From positions 59,210,001 through 59,274,000 of the forward strand of contig OX597816.1 of the NCBI GenBank assembly GCA_951406725.2: 64,000 nucleotides of DNA, in the 5' to 3' direction. This document shows positions 15,324 to 30,500 of the stretch, piece by piece. The translations under genes and the position numbers were made by a program. A model generated the notes under the pieces. It saw only the letters and a list, made by a program, of their open reading frames with translations, was not told where the DNA came from and made no database searches. Position 1 is the first letter of the stretch. Each line of letters starts with the position of its first letter. The stretch comes from Octopus vulgaris. Taxonomy: Eukaryota.

Positions 15324-17731
15324 AACGCACACAGCAACTTTGAAAGATGCTAACAATTTGTAAGCCATACTGCCATCAGTATACTGCCATCAGTATCTCT
15401 GAGCAGATGCTGCAACTCAATTGGGGGCAAGCTATTCCTCAAATACACTACCATTAGAAGAAGGTAAAATTCTGTTATTATTACCCTGCTAATTTGACAG
15501 ACCTCCACAAGGCAGAAAAATAACTGATGGTCACATGAGTGTATGCCAATGTCAGAAAAAGAAAACATCCAGTGGGTTTCTATTAAACATCCCAAAATGG
15601 ATTTGCAAGATTGCATTACGTTGTGATTCTTCTTACAGTCCACTGAATTTATCTGTTTTGTTTAAAATTTATTTGTTGAGTTCCAAATACTAATTTAATA
15701 CACAAATAAAGGAAAGTATTAGAGTTGTTGTGTGAATGCTATCTAAATTCTTGTTTTTACAATTAATTGAAACTTGGGGAGAGGGTCTATTCAGGTTACA
15801 AATGGTTTAATGACATATGGATAAAGGATTAATGATATACAGAGAATATGGACCAGAAAGGTATAGAAGGAAATGCATAGAGATAGAAGAACTAATGAAA
15901 AAGAATGAACATTTATCCAGCATGTATTGCAAGAAACAAATGTAAAAATGTGATGATGGTGGTGCATGGCTGCCAACAAAACAGGTTTTTAATTATTTAC
16001 ATGGCAAAGATTCTAATTCTTTAATCAAATGTATAAATACAAAATAGAATAGAGTGAAAGATATATATTAAAGCTGAAGCTGAAATTGAATGAAAGATCT
16101 GAAATATCATGAAGCCACATCAGAACTTCAGATTAAAGATCCTGATTAACTAAACGACACCCAGTCCTTTAGTGTAGAAGTAGAGAGGTATTGCACGTCT
16201 CCTTCATGATAATGAATACAAAGAGGATTTATAATACATCAATGTTATATAACAATAAATATAATATTCAAATAAATTAAATTTACATTTATTTACTAGG
16301 TATTAGATATGATCACCATTTTTTACTTAGTTTTTGCACTAAACATTTAGAACAATTATTTACTAAGCTCTATTTCATTAATAAACTCATCCCACTGTAA
16401 TACAGTCTCTACATATTTTCCTTCCCAAGTTAAATGCACAAGCAAAAATATATCTTTGAATATCAAACTGATTTATAATTACACTTAGAAGAAGTCTTTT
16501 CATTCTACTAATATCTTTAAATATTTAAATAAAATGTATTGCTCAAACATACAAATTTGTACTTGTTATGAACTGCTCCCTAGAACAAGCTAATATAAAT
16601 TTAAAAAGTTCATCACTCTCACATTTTATTGAAGCAATTACCTGTTGCCAATAGTTAATGGCATTTCTTGAACTGCAATACTTTTAAGAAATGTTACTTC
16701 AAAGATCCTGTTCTAAGATTACAAGGTTTCAATAGAACAAAAACAACCATTTATTTATTAAGAGTGGTTAATTGAGCACACTGTTAAAAGGAAGCGGTTA
16801 TAAATCATTAGCAACAATTACAATATAGCACAACAATATAAAATGAGCAAGCAAAGAAATAACAAATAACACCATAAATACAAAACTTACCCCCGAAGGA
16901 AATTTAAAGATAGGCCAGAATCCATGCTCAGGATGCCTACGTCGTCTATTAGCATACAGGTGATGTAGCTAGAGAGTAAAAACAGCAACACAACTGGAGT
17001 TGAAAGCACCAACGTGTTAGCACAATACTACAAAGCATCACTTTAGACCATTCATCAAATAGAGCTGCAAACTTCATATAAAAAGTTAGAGGATATGATT
17101 TTCATCCTTTAGAATTAAATCTTTTTTTTCTTTGGTTTAATTTATATTTTCATCAACAAATGACAATGCTTAATGCATCTTTCTTAACTAAGATCTTATA
17201 GTAAATAAGATAATGACAATATAAAGTATAGTTGTAGGTATGAATTCTTCAAACTCTACTTCATATAAAGTATTTATTATTATTTGCAGCTATATTTGGA
17301 GAAGAACAAGCACGAAATATTCATTGAATAAGTAAATGAATAATTAAAAATAAGCAATTAGTGTTGATTTAGCTCAACTGAATTAGTATTAATTACTTTA
17401 TATTAATTTTATAAAACTGAAACAAGAAAGATTCACAAATATTGGAAATGAAACTTCACTAGTCATTATTTTAAATTTCTAATTTCCTATCTTCAAATGG
17501 AACATTATAAAAAAAAAAAAAGGTGGGGAATGCATAGATGTTGAAAGACATACAGTGGCCAATGTGTGAATATTTTGACATGTTTTGATTGGATACAATT
17601 GAAATAGAAGCTTATTAGTTGACCATATGAATATAGTATACAAAATCAGGAATGGGGATTTGCTAGTTAGAGGAAAGAAGAATAAGGGAAGAAAAGAATC
17701 AGTATAAATATGTAAGGAATAATAAAAAATA

Positions 17732-17779
<48 letters not shown>

Positions 17780-19523
17780 TTCTGAATATAGAGAAAAAGT
17801 GTAACTTTAAAAAAGAAAGGGAGGGTGGTAAAAGAAATTAAAAATGAATTTAGAAAATTTAACATGTGTCAAGGAAAATAAGACAACTAAACTATGCAAG
17901 GGGAATGGGATGAAAATATAATTATAAAAGAAAACTAGTAATATAACCCAATTTCATTCAAATCTACTTGAGTCGCATTTTAAAGATGAGGAATTTTGCC
18001 CTAGAGGCCACGCCTTTCAATTGAGCTAACTCAAAGTTGCCATGCAAACTCCCCAGCACTTTTAACATAGGTGTGCAGATTTTCAGGTCAAACACTTTTG
18101 CCTACACAACTGCTTGTGAGACAACGTCTACCCTTTTCACAAATATATAGTAGATACTTAAAATCTTCAGATTATGGAGAGAAGACAGTGTGAAAAGATG
18201 ACAATGAAAAAGTAAATAGTTTAGAGAGAAATCAAACTGTTTAAAACCATTTAGCAGACAATTATAGAATTTATCTGAAAAAACCACTACTGCAGAAAGC
18301 CTCACTGAAAGGTGTTAATGAACATGCCACATTATCTCAAAGTATGAGAATGGACCATGAACTATCCCAAGGTATAATCTTTAGGTTAAACTTGAGAAAA
18401 AATATCACCAGAGAATTCCTAAATTGAATTTCTCTTCTCTTTCCATCTGACAAATCATAGATATCATAAGATCTCTAGCAGAAGCTCAGTTACAACTGGC
18501 TATTGTTGCTGTAAAAAAATTTGCTTGCTGAATTAACTACTTCAATTCAAAATGGCTTTCCAACTGCAACTATTGTCTTTTTTCATACCTGTAATTACAT
18601 TTCTCCAAATAACAGTCGTCTCAATGGTAATTTGCCTTTCAAAAGTATTAAGTTATTCTTTAAGGTGCAGTTAAACTATAGCACAGTTTCAATTTCCAAT
18701 CAGATTAACACAAGTTTGTCAAATATATTCAATTTTTGAAAGAATCTAGTCCAACTTTGCTTAAAATTTAATTAATTTTTAGAGCAGGACAATGTAGTAT
18801 TATATACTCGTGAATCCTTCAGTTCAAACTTCCATTGCAAATTAAATTTGTGAAGAGTTTAAAATTTGCATGCATTGAAAGATCTTGAGGCTTTCTAATT
18901 ATTTAACCCAAACAGTTAAGGTCTCTGTGAACAATTGCATCTTTGGATGTCATCTTATGCTATCATCCTTGCTGCTTTACACTGAAGATTTTAAATATTT
19001 CATTCTCATGTCCTTATTGTTGCATGTTATTTCTCTTGCACACAAGTATTTTTCTATTCATTTCTTTTTATAAGTTTAAAATTCTTTTTCCTTTCCTTTA
19101 AGCTTGATAATTTCTATTTTATTTCTTTTACCTTTTTGCTATATTCATTTTTTGCTTTTACATTCAGAAATTTTTATACTCATGGGGTCCCCACCACCAC
19201 CTTTTTTTTTTGTTTGACATTTTTTTTTGTGCTCATTTGTATTATTTTCAGTATACATATTTGCAGTTCTCTCCCCATCTCTCTATTTTGCACACAACAG
19301 TTATATGGTGAACATACTTTTAATTCAATGTTATTTGATCTAAACATCCGAAGATATTCAAAATATCTCCACTGTATGTCTGTGAAATGCCTCTCACACT
19401 CCATTTCTCATAACCCACTGAAGATCAGAAATGCAAAACTCTCAGTAATATTCTGTAAAGTTTCAGTTTCTAATAAATTTAATGTATAACTCCTTCCAGT
19501 ACTTAGTAACTGCTTACTCCTTA

Positions 19524-19581
<58 letters not shown>

Positions 19582-21491
19582 TATATACACACATACATAC
19601 ACACATATATATATAATTTTTCAAACATTGTTAAAATAATTAAAAGTAGATGAAAAAAATATTTTGTAAGTTTTTCGAAATTATTAGGAATCATTTCAAT
19701 TTGTATTATTATATATTGCTCCAAGCAGAATCTACAACCAACTGAACAAGCTTTAGTTCATCAATTAATTTGTAAAATTTAATAAACCAGATAGCTTCAT
19801 TTTGGTTACTCAACATTAGTACATATCATTTCAGGTATGAAAAAGTCTCACAAAGATTCAGCACCAGATCAGACCTCAGAACTTATTGTTATATAGATAT
19901 ATAACCAGAGCCTGCTCAGTCATGACTAACTATTTTGCTTCTATTTGTTTCGCCCCCGACTCTCTCCATATATATATAACTCACCAGAACACATCAAATT
20001 AATACTAAACATTCATAAGATATATCTTATTCTTCCTACAATTTTTATTGTGTACACTTTATTTCTTCATCATACATTTTCTTCACAACATACTCCTACT
20101 TCCATGCACATCCAAAATACTAAAACACTGACCTACTAGTTTTCAGAATTCTTCCTCAATAAGACCTTCTATGTCCATGGTTCAACAAACAATCTGAGAA
20201 TCTATTCAACTTCTGCCTATATAACTCTCCCCATATAATGTCAAAGTAACCTATGTAAGCACCACAACCACATGCAACATAAGTCCATCACACCAATCCT
20301 TCAAAACCCTAACATTTGGGAAAACTATAAACTACACACCTTTTAAAGGACCCTTGTGCAAGAAATGGCTGTACAAAAATGCACAGCTAACATACCTATA
20401 AATTACCTACTCAGTGAAACTAAAGATATAATTACAAAAATGTCACAAATATGCAAATGATATAATTACTTAATGTAATAGGCTTTCAGACAAAAAAATA
20501 GGTATGTGTCCAACCATTTCACATTCCTAGACTTTACTAAAGTATTGGATCAAGATTACAACACCATTCTGAAATTACTTTCTCTCCCATATAATTCCGA
20601 CAAATCAAAAAGAAAAGAAAAAAAATCAAACTCATTTAGATATTTTAAGCTACAATGCAACACCCAAGATCAATGTGCCTACTTCTGCTGCGATCATTAA
20701 ATTTTCATATATTATAAAAGCAAACTATATTTAAAAAAACGGTTGGCACTCAAAAGATGTATAAAAGAGACAGGGCAGTATGGTTGTCAGGTCTACTGAA
20801 TCATAACATTTCAAATACTCTCATACATTGTTGTCACCATTGTCATTATTATTACTATTAATGCACTTTATATACTTTATGCACAATTTTATAGACTTCA
20901 TACACGGCAATTATAAAATAAATATTCACTCTTACTTTTACATTTTTTCCCATAAACGAAAAAAAAAAAATCCCATACACATGATACAACCTTTAGTTAA
21001 ATTGCATATATCTGCCATGTAAATAAGCATGAATATTTCACAGAATTGCACTTCTCTCTCCCTCCCTTCTTTCTCTCTGCCTTTCTTTAACCTCACCATC
21101 AGAACATCACTCCTCTGCTAAAATTATATTTTTAACCCTCCTCCTCTATATCACTACCTTTAACTAACTTTTTTAATCAGGTAATAAATATTACATTCCC
21201 CCTACCTCATGTCATAGACGTTTCTCTCTCCCTCTTTTTCTCTAATCATGTGAAAGCATTACTAACGGGCTAAGTAAGAAGATGACAAGCAGAATTATTA
21301 TATGATTATTAAGGTGGCAAAGTGGCAAGCTGGCAAATCTGTCCTGAGTCTAAATTCTACCAAGGTTGACTTTGCTATTATCTTGTCAGGGCAATAGAAT
21401 AAGTACTAACCAAGTGCTGGGAAGATGATATAATCAACTTTCCCTTATCATTATCATCATCGTTTAACATTTCCCCACCACTCAAAAACTA

Positions 21492-21522
<31 letters not shown>

Positions 21523-24500
21523 TATTATTAACGCGGTGAGCTGGCAGAATTGTTAGCATGCCACTACGTTTTGTCTTTCATCCTTTTGGGGTCGATAAAT
21601 TAAGTACCAGTTGAGTACTGGGGTCGATGTAACTAATCAACTATCCCTCTCCCCCAAATTTCAGGCCTTATGTCTGTAGTACAAGGGATTATTATTAAGG
21701 TAGTGAGCTGGGAGAATCGTTAACACGGCAGGCAAAATGCTTAGCAGCATTTCATCCATCTTTACGCTCTGAGTTCAAATTCTGTCATGGCTGACTTTGC
21801 CTTTCATCCTTTTGTAGTCAATAAATTAAGTACCAATGAAACACTGGAGTTCCACTACTCTAAAAGGAAGAATAGAAGAGAGGGTGATGACAAGCTGAAC
21901 TAAAGTGAGGTTAAATAGAAGCAATGATTTGATAGGAGGAACAAAGTTATTGGGGTGAATGTATCAGAGAACAAGGATCTTTTCTGTTTGGCTGCCACTT
22001 TTCAATTTCTTCAATTTTTGTTCCAATTGATTTCATATTTAGTGTATTGGTGTATGGTAATCATTGATATGAAATTCCTTTTCATCATAAATCAATAAAA
22101 AGTTAATAACTTTAAAGTTTGCAAATTTTGAGTAATTTTAGCCAATCGAAAGCCACAGACATATAGGTACCTGGTACCATAGTAACAAGCCAAGTCGTTA
22201 CCAAGCTGCTTACCCACATGGCCATTTTTTTGTTTTTTAAATACTTAAAACACATGAGGTGTGAAGTGGTCACAAGATGTGTCAAAAATAATAGGTAAAT
22301 AGCCCTTAAATCACACTTTTTTTTTTTTTACATAATTGTATGAATTTCCATGTGTAGAATACAAATTTGCAAAAATTTTGTGCAAATTCCCAAAAATAAA
22401 AAAAGTTATGAGGGGTTATATGGCATGCATAAAGCAGAATCACCTCCCCCCAATATTTCATTTGTTTACAGTTGATAACATGTGCTGTTACACACAAAAT
22501 GATAGCTTCCAAATCCTGTTTTCTGACTGGGTAAAAATTATCGAGCTTTAAACCTCTGTAACTTTTTTTTTAAATTTTTCTGCAAAAAGTGAATTAGCCC
22601 TTAAGATTTAGCATGGAAAATTACATCAGTACATCAAATTCTAAAATTTTCACTATTCTTTAAAATTTCCACAGATGCAGCCAAACAGAAAAGATCCAAG
22701 AACAGTATAACAAAAGAGACAGCACTGAAGGGATTTAATAGAAACAATAACGGGGAGATTAATGCAAGACAGTAAGGGGAGGGTAATGGAAGATAGAGAT
22801 TAATGAGGAGAAAAGGTACTGATAGCAACAACCTCTTTGATGGATGGAAAGAGAATTATTGATAAATAGCTATAGAGATGGGCAATTGCAAAATAAGAAT
22901 GATGTCAATCATGAATATTCTGGGGAACAAGGAGTGGTGACCAGGAGAAGAGTAACAGTGGGAAGAAAGATCTTTCATTTTACAGGTAGAGTGATGGTGG
23001 TGACAAGTAGAGTGATAAATATAGAGGTTCAATGCTAACCTTCCCAAGTTATATGGCTGGCACAGTATAGTGAATGTCAGAGTGTGATTGATGAGAGAGT
23101 AAGTGACTGAGAAATGAGGTGTCAAAGAGACAGTGGGCAAGTGAGGAAAAGGACTCTGAAAGAGAGGCACAAGGATGCCATGAAGGCAGAGAAAGCAGGT
23201 AAATAGGGTGAGAAGATCCCAGCCCCCACTATTTACCACCCATTTTAGCATGCTTTACAATGTACTGGCAGAGGAATGTGTTCCGTCAATCTACCTGTCC
23301 TTTATTGTATCTTTCTTAAAGTTCAGCATCTTAAGATCAGTCTTCTCCTTGTCCCTATGTCTTCATAAATGTCTGCCTGTCTGTCTTTCTCTCCCATCTA
23401 CCCTTGAGTACTCTGTATTTTTATATAGCTGTCATTTTATACACATCAATGTTCAAACAAATGCAGTCAATTCTGCATTCTACAGCTTGATCCCACAAAC
23501 AATTTTTTTTTTTTTTTTTTGCTCACCTCATTGGTATTTTAGTGTTCAAACACATTCAACATTACATATTCAGTAGAACATATTCACTTTATTTCTTTAC
23601 AGACTTTGCAAATACTCTCTACTTAAATTCCATGTTCCACAAACATGCAGTCTCACACTCTCTGATACATTTTGTTAATAAGACATCATAATAAATCACT
23701 CCATGATTAGCTATGTCATGCATCAAGTACTTTCCTTTAAACTTATTTCATGTATAGTCGGGAGTTCAAATCTAACTAGATCAAGCCTTTGATATCAACA
23801 TAATTAAGAACACTCATGGTTCTATGATTACAAACTTCCTATTTTAAATTGACCATAAAACCTTCCATGAAAATTCCATATTAATTTATCTTCCAAACAC
23901 CAGATTAATAATGAAACTTATTTTATTAAATTCTTCATTATCTTCAAAATTAACTTAAACAAAGGCAGTGTATGACAATAGAAATATGTTAACAAAATTT
24001 CTCCAGTATCCAATAGGCCCAATTGTTTGACACTTTATTTTTATTTTTATTTTTTTTTAGCATTTCAGTCTTTACCTAAGTGCAGTCACTGACTGCCAAC
24101 ATCACTGTCATCATTTCAGTTGTAGCCAGTGCCAAAATATTGTGTGTCTGAATTTATCTACTTATATTGTTCATCTATTAGTGAAAATGTCTTCTAATGT
24201 TAATAAATACAAATAAGAGCAACCAATTTGGAAAAGATGTGAAAAGAAAGCATGTAACTGTTACATTGTATCCAGAAATTGAACTAACAGGGTTTGAAAA
24301 AATGTGAAAACCAGCACATTATTGTGCATAAATATAACATAGATACTTCAACAATTTATAGTAGAGGAAAGCAAAAGTCAACTTAATGATTTAGAGATAA
24401 GTTGATGTGTGGAATTATTAAAAAGACTCCCTCAGAACTAACAAGTTGAAGTGTGGAATCATTAAAAAGAATCACTCAGAGCTAGCTGCAGTGTTGTTAA

Positions 24501-27500
24501 AGTGGTTTAATAGAAAGCATTCTAAGAGTATGTCAATATAAGGGGCTGACAATCATTGAAAATTCCATACAATTACATGAAGATATGGGTACCATGGAGA
24601 TATATGTTGAGTTGTTTAGAAACTTTAAAATATGACAGAGCATTCATAAACTAAATTCATCCAGTAAAAAGAAGTTGGCAAATATTGATATTGCTGAAAA
24701 GTACAGTTGCATATTTGATGACATGATTAAAAAATATAGTTTTGTTGCTTTAAGGCTGAGTTCTAATACACCAGTATATTTGATAATCTGGAACTACAAG
24801 GGCTGGCTGAAAAGTTCATAGGCTGATTACAAAGGAGTGATGCTAAAGCTATGAGATCTTGCATGCATTAATTCAACTCTATTAATAACTGCACTGTTTC
24901 TTTCTCGCAAAACTGACATCCAACTGCTCAAAGAACACTTCAATGGTTACTAGTAGCAACTTTTCTTGAAAATTGACAAAATTTGGCATATAGTGTTATC
25001 AAGTACCTGCAGAAAAAGGTTTAGTCCCTAACAACATTCACACTGATATGGCTGCTACATTAGGGGTGACACTCCAGCTTTATCAACAGTGTAAAAGTGG
25101 GCAGCTGAATTTAGGAGGGAAAGGGAGAGTTTTGAACTATCACCTCCAAAGAAAACACTGATCATGTTTGCTATACTTGGCTGGGAACCAGTATCATAGT
25201 GAAGATGACATCATATCTACTCAAGACTTTTTTTGACCAACAGAATGACAGCTTCTGCACCAATAAGATCCAAGCACTGCAACACCAATGGAAGAAGTAA
25301 TGTGTTGAAAAATAAATGACGTTTGGTCACATTCCATGAGAATGCCTTAGTCAGCCTATGAACTTTTCCTCCAGCCCTCGTAATGCTAGTCAATAGAAAA
25401 AGTGCTACAGGTGAATCTGGTTTTCTTTTTATAATAGAATAATTTAGTTAATCCATTGTTTGGGTCAATTTATTTCTAGAATAATAACTAATTCCTTCAC
25501 ATTAATAACGAGAAATTTACTACTCCTATCAAAATAGCTTATGGTGAATGATTATCACAATATATGCCTCATACTTTATCACCATTTAGTAAAAATTTAA
25601 TACATTTTGAAAGTTTCTGCACTTCTGCATATTCTTGGGGAAATGCCCTATTTCATGCAAACCACTGAAAAGTTAAGCATGGGACCAGTTTTATTTGTCG
25701 GTGAAAGTAGGAAAAAGGAAATTAGGACCAGATGGAGGGAAAGGAGTTTAACTCTGACAACTTCAACAATATCTTTAAGTACAGGTTGCTATTTCTTCAA
25801 CTGAAATTCCATAATTCATAAACCTCTGAAATCCTCCAAAATCTGAAAGTTATTTTCCAAATGAGAAAGGTGTGAAAAATAGAAAATTCAGTTGTTGTAA
25901 TCCATGTGTCTAGTTAAGAAATTAGGGTTGCAGACATAATAGACATATTAAAAAGAATTCCTGAAGTATGAAACATTCAGTCGAACTTAGATTAATCTGC
26001 AGACTAAGTGAAAAGTTAACTGTAATTTAGATTAATCATAATTGATATTACTTTAAAATAATAGATATTTAACCAATATTTACTTTAAAAGAGGAAGGGG
26101 TATCATATGTATTATAACAAAGAACATTTTTTAAAATAGTAAAAATAGATGGACACTAGACAGACTGTATACTTCAAGTCACCAAGCTCACCTACTATAT
26201 AAAATTATACTTTATATTAATGAAATGACTGACAGAATAAACAAATAAAAAATAAAATAAAATAAATTTCAGTTAAATATGCTAAATCCCTCCTTAACTT
26301 ATAAGGAGATAAATCAAAATATATAAATCTATACAGTATAAAATTAAATCAAAAAAATATCAATCAAAAATATTTAATCACAAATTTTAAAACGATGTGT
26401 AGTGAGAGAGTGTGCATGTGCATGTATTTTGTGAAAAACATGACAATGTCTTTTCTTATCTAATCTATACTAACAGAAAACAAACATACAAGACTAAGCA
26501 CCAGGGTGGATTGAAGATATAATGAACTCTGAAACAACTAATTACACTAATCTATAAGCTTTTACTGCAATGACTACTCATTTAATCAATCAAAAATACA
26601 AAGCTGGACAGCAAACATTCTCACTGCTATGTTGTTACTTTCATAGTCAAATGCTATATTAAAGAATGTGCAGCATAGCACATTAGCATGGTGTTTGTCC
26701 ATTGATAGTTTTGTAAGTTTCTGGCATATCAAGGTAACTCAAGTGTTTGGTATGTTAACAATCATTTGTCATACACATTATACATGTGTAACAAGGTACT
26801 TAGAAAGAGTAGTGTCAGAATGGAGAGACAAACATCAAAATTATGATGACAGTAAAGATAATGAGATACATCTGAACTATATAATTATCAAATGTAATTA
26901 CTTTTTGTCACTTCATGTGCATATATTTGGTTAAAAGCACAAATGAAAAGCTTGCTGACAAGTTTAAAATTTGTCTGAAAACTTCCCATGTCCAAAAGGA
27001 GAGGTGAGGTGTTAGTTTTCCTAAACAGAGTAGTTGACAATGACCTCAGTTATATTTATAGCCAAAAACAGTGTAAAACAGGGCTATTACAAGTAGACTA
27101 TATAAATGGAAGAAAATGTGCAGAAACTGTTATATCCATAAATGTAAAGATAACCAGACTATTAAATCCACACTATAGATGATTTTATTTACTACAATTA
27201 AATACTTCATACCCTGTGTGGGCTTGAAACAAACAGCACAATGGTGTAGATATAAATGCCTCAAGGACACGTGCATACACTCACACACACATACCAATAT
27301 CATGACCACGTCTAATGTTGGCATTAGTCTTGGTCTCTCATTCAGATAATGAGTGATCTCTGTGAAGTTCAGCTTTTAAGACCAAGGTTTCTTATTTTTT
27401 CCTACTTTTTCCTGACGGATTACATTTTTGAAACTTTTACACAAAGCAGTACTGTTTATTGACAGTATATTAATATGCTGTCTTTTCTGTACAGTTTTGT

Positions 27501-30500
27501 CACTGTCAAATCAGAACCTAGTTTTTAGACATCCAATAGGCTACACTCATATATTTTCTCTTCAGTTATGCAGATGCTTCACACCACATATCTACATACA
27601 TAATTGTTTATATATACATATCTGTTAGGTATAAAATCCAAAAGAACAAAGTGACACTTGCTATGAAAAGGGAGGGGAGTAGATAATTATAACTCAAATA
27701 ACAACTTGGCATTCTTGAGTGGTCACCTACAAAAGCAACTGACCAACTCTGAAGATGAAGTAGGATCCATGCTGACAGTGCAATAGAACTATAAGAACCA
27801 AGAGGCAGGTAAGGGAACAGTGAAAGAAAGGTGAAGCAAGAAACAGTATAATAAGTTTGTCAGAAAGTTTGATGCCAGGAGGTAATCTTCTTGCCTTGTG
27901 AAAACATCAAGATTTTTGAATTGTGACCATGTACCACTGAGAAGAAGTATATCCAAAACACTGTGCCACTTATTCTCAGTGACATTAGGTGGGGGATGCA
28001 TAGTCTTCTGTAAGAAGTTAAGTAAGATAGTGAAATAGTAAATAAACCAGCTAACAATATTAGCTTCAGTAGAATTAGAAAAGCTGTGAAAAAAAATGAA
28101 CACAGCATACCATCAAGATAGTTGAAAGTACTTTTATCAGGTAGTACACTGAAATGTCATCTCTATTGATTGGCATAACAATAACATCAACTGTTATAGG
28201 GAAATAGAGATTCATTATAAAGGGAAAGTTTAAAGATCTAAAATTCTTTGGGGAAATCTCAAAAGTAGCAGAGGTGAAATTTGATTATCAGACGTAAACT
28301 ACTGACTATAATTCTTGAGACTATAAAAATAGTTCCAAACTCCCTGGATTCACTTATATGCTGATGGGCTAGTTTTCACAGTGAAATCTGTTAAGGACTT
28401 GAAGAAAATGCTCTAAATCTAAGGATCTGACTGAGTCAATTGATTTATGTTAAAATAATAAATAGTAAAGTTCTAGTAAAAGAAAGCATGAGTCTGAGCT
28501 TTGCTGAATATGTAGGAAGGTAGTAGGTTGGAACTTGATATTATATACTCAATGCAAATAATGAGTACATAAAAATTACTGTACAATCTCTGATAAGAGT
28601 GACAGAACTCATGAAATAGTTGCATGAGATTAATCAAATAAGCTTCAATGAAATGTCTATGTACAACTCACAAGGTAGTTGATAGTTTTTGTTTCCTTAA
28701 TAGTGCTGAAGTTGGCTGAAGCAAAGTCTGGCAGCCAAGGTTAGAAAAAAAAAAGGAGAAAACAGTTCAAGGAATAATTGCATCTGATGACAACGTAGCT
28801 TTCTATCTTCATGCGAAAAGCTGATACTAGGAAGCATGAGTAAGTTGTGTAGTTCTGAAAAATTTAGTGTAAATTAAGTCAAGCACAATTCAATGGATGT
28901 GTAACAATAACATGCATTAGAAAGAAAAGAAAAGAGAGCCTTTAGAGACACTGGAGAAAAACAATGTCAAATTTGACATGAGACAACATGTTGGTAAGAA
29001 TACAAGAACAGCTGAGTGAAAGTGTGCTGTTAACAGAGAAAACAAAATAGAGAAAAATGTAATGAGTGTAAAAGGTGAGAAATCAACAGACTTCCTAAAA
29101 GACAGACAAGAGGCAGTTAATACTGGATAGACTGTACAGCAGATCTATCCAGCCCATGCAAAAATACAATGGCTGTTTATTAAGTTAAAAATAGTTGGGA
29201 ATATATAAAATAAATGTATATAGACACACGTTTATCAATACTTACATATATAAAAAATATCTAAGCATACACACACACACACACACACACACACGTAATC
29301 ATCATCCCACATGTACAAATACACACATGATCATTATCATAAGTGTGAATATATATGTACACACATACATACACATATATAAATGTGCAAATGTGTGTAC
29401 AGCCACATGCATGGCTGAGTAGTTAAGAAGTCACTTTGCAACCATGTGATTTTGTGCTCAGTCCCAATGCCTGATACTTTTGCAAGTGTCTCCTACTATA
29501 GGTTCAATCCAACCAAAACGCTGTGAATAGATCTGGTAGACAGAAACTACACATACATTGTATATGTATCATTCCTTCATTTGTTCATTTAATGTTCATT
29601 TTTCAATGCTGATATGACTGAGACAGATAACAGTTTCAAGCAGAATTTTACAGCAAGAAACGCTTCACAATATTTAGCTCTCACCTGGTTTTGCAAGTAA
29701 GAAATTTGTATATTCTACAAGTCTTTGAAAGCATAAAGCAACTAGTTGTAATATCAACAAGGAATGTTGACATTATGACTAGTTGCACAGCTACACTTGC
29801 ATTGTAGCAAGTGAAATATCAAAAGCCATGTACATTTGCACATATACATTCAAAACATACACACATACATACATACACACAAAATAAGCTTAGTACAGTT
29901 TCTATCAAATGAATTCACTCACACAGTAACCATTGGTCCAAGCCATTAGAAGACACTACCCAAGGTGCAGGGTAATGAGACTGAACCTAAAGCATGTGGT
30001 AAAAAAGCCAACTTCCTAATCACAGACATGCTGGAGTGTATGTGTTCTTGCCGTGAAATCGCATGCTGATTGTAAACAAATGTCACCATCATATAAGCAA
30101 TGATGTCCATTTGCAATCTCCTGTGAAAACATGTCTTATCATCCTGCTGTGAATTCCTGAAGGACTAGGGAAAATATTACCTTACTTGAAAACAAGTGAG
30201 GGGTAGTGACAGAAAGAGCATTTGGCCATCAAAAATCTGCTTCTACAAATTTTTTGTCTGGTTCAGTGAACCTTAATGACATGGAAAAGTGGACCTTAAT
30301 ATGACAGCAATTTTGTACGTATATGCATATATGTGCATCAAGTGCATGTACACACATATATAATAAAATAAACCAGATGACAGTTTTCTAAAATACAACA
30401 TTTTCAGAGTTAAATGAAGACGATGAACTAAATAGCTACAAAGGATGAAGATATCAACTGAAGAGGATGACATGGTTATAGAATAGTATAGTAGACAGAA

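Noticed and set aside
18480-19120. Possible hAT transposase remnant on the minus strand
   Set aside because: Too degraded to support by eye.
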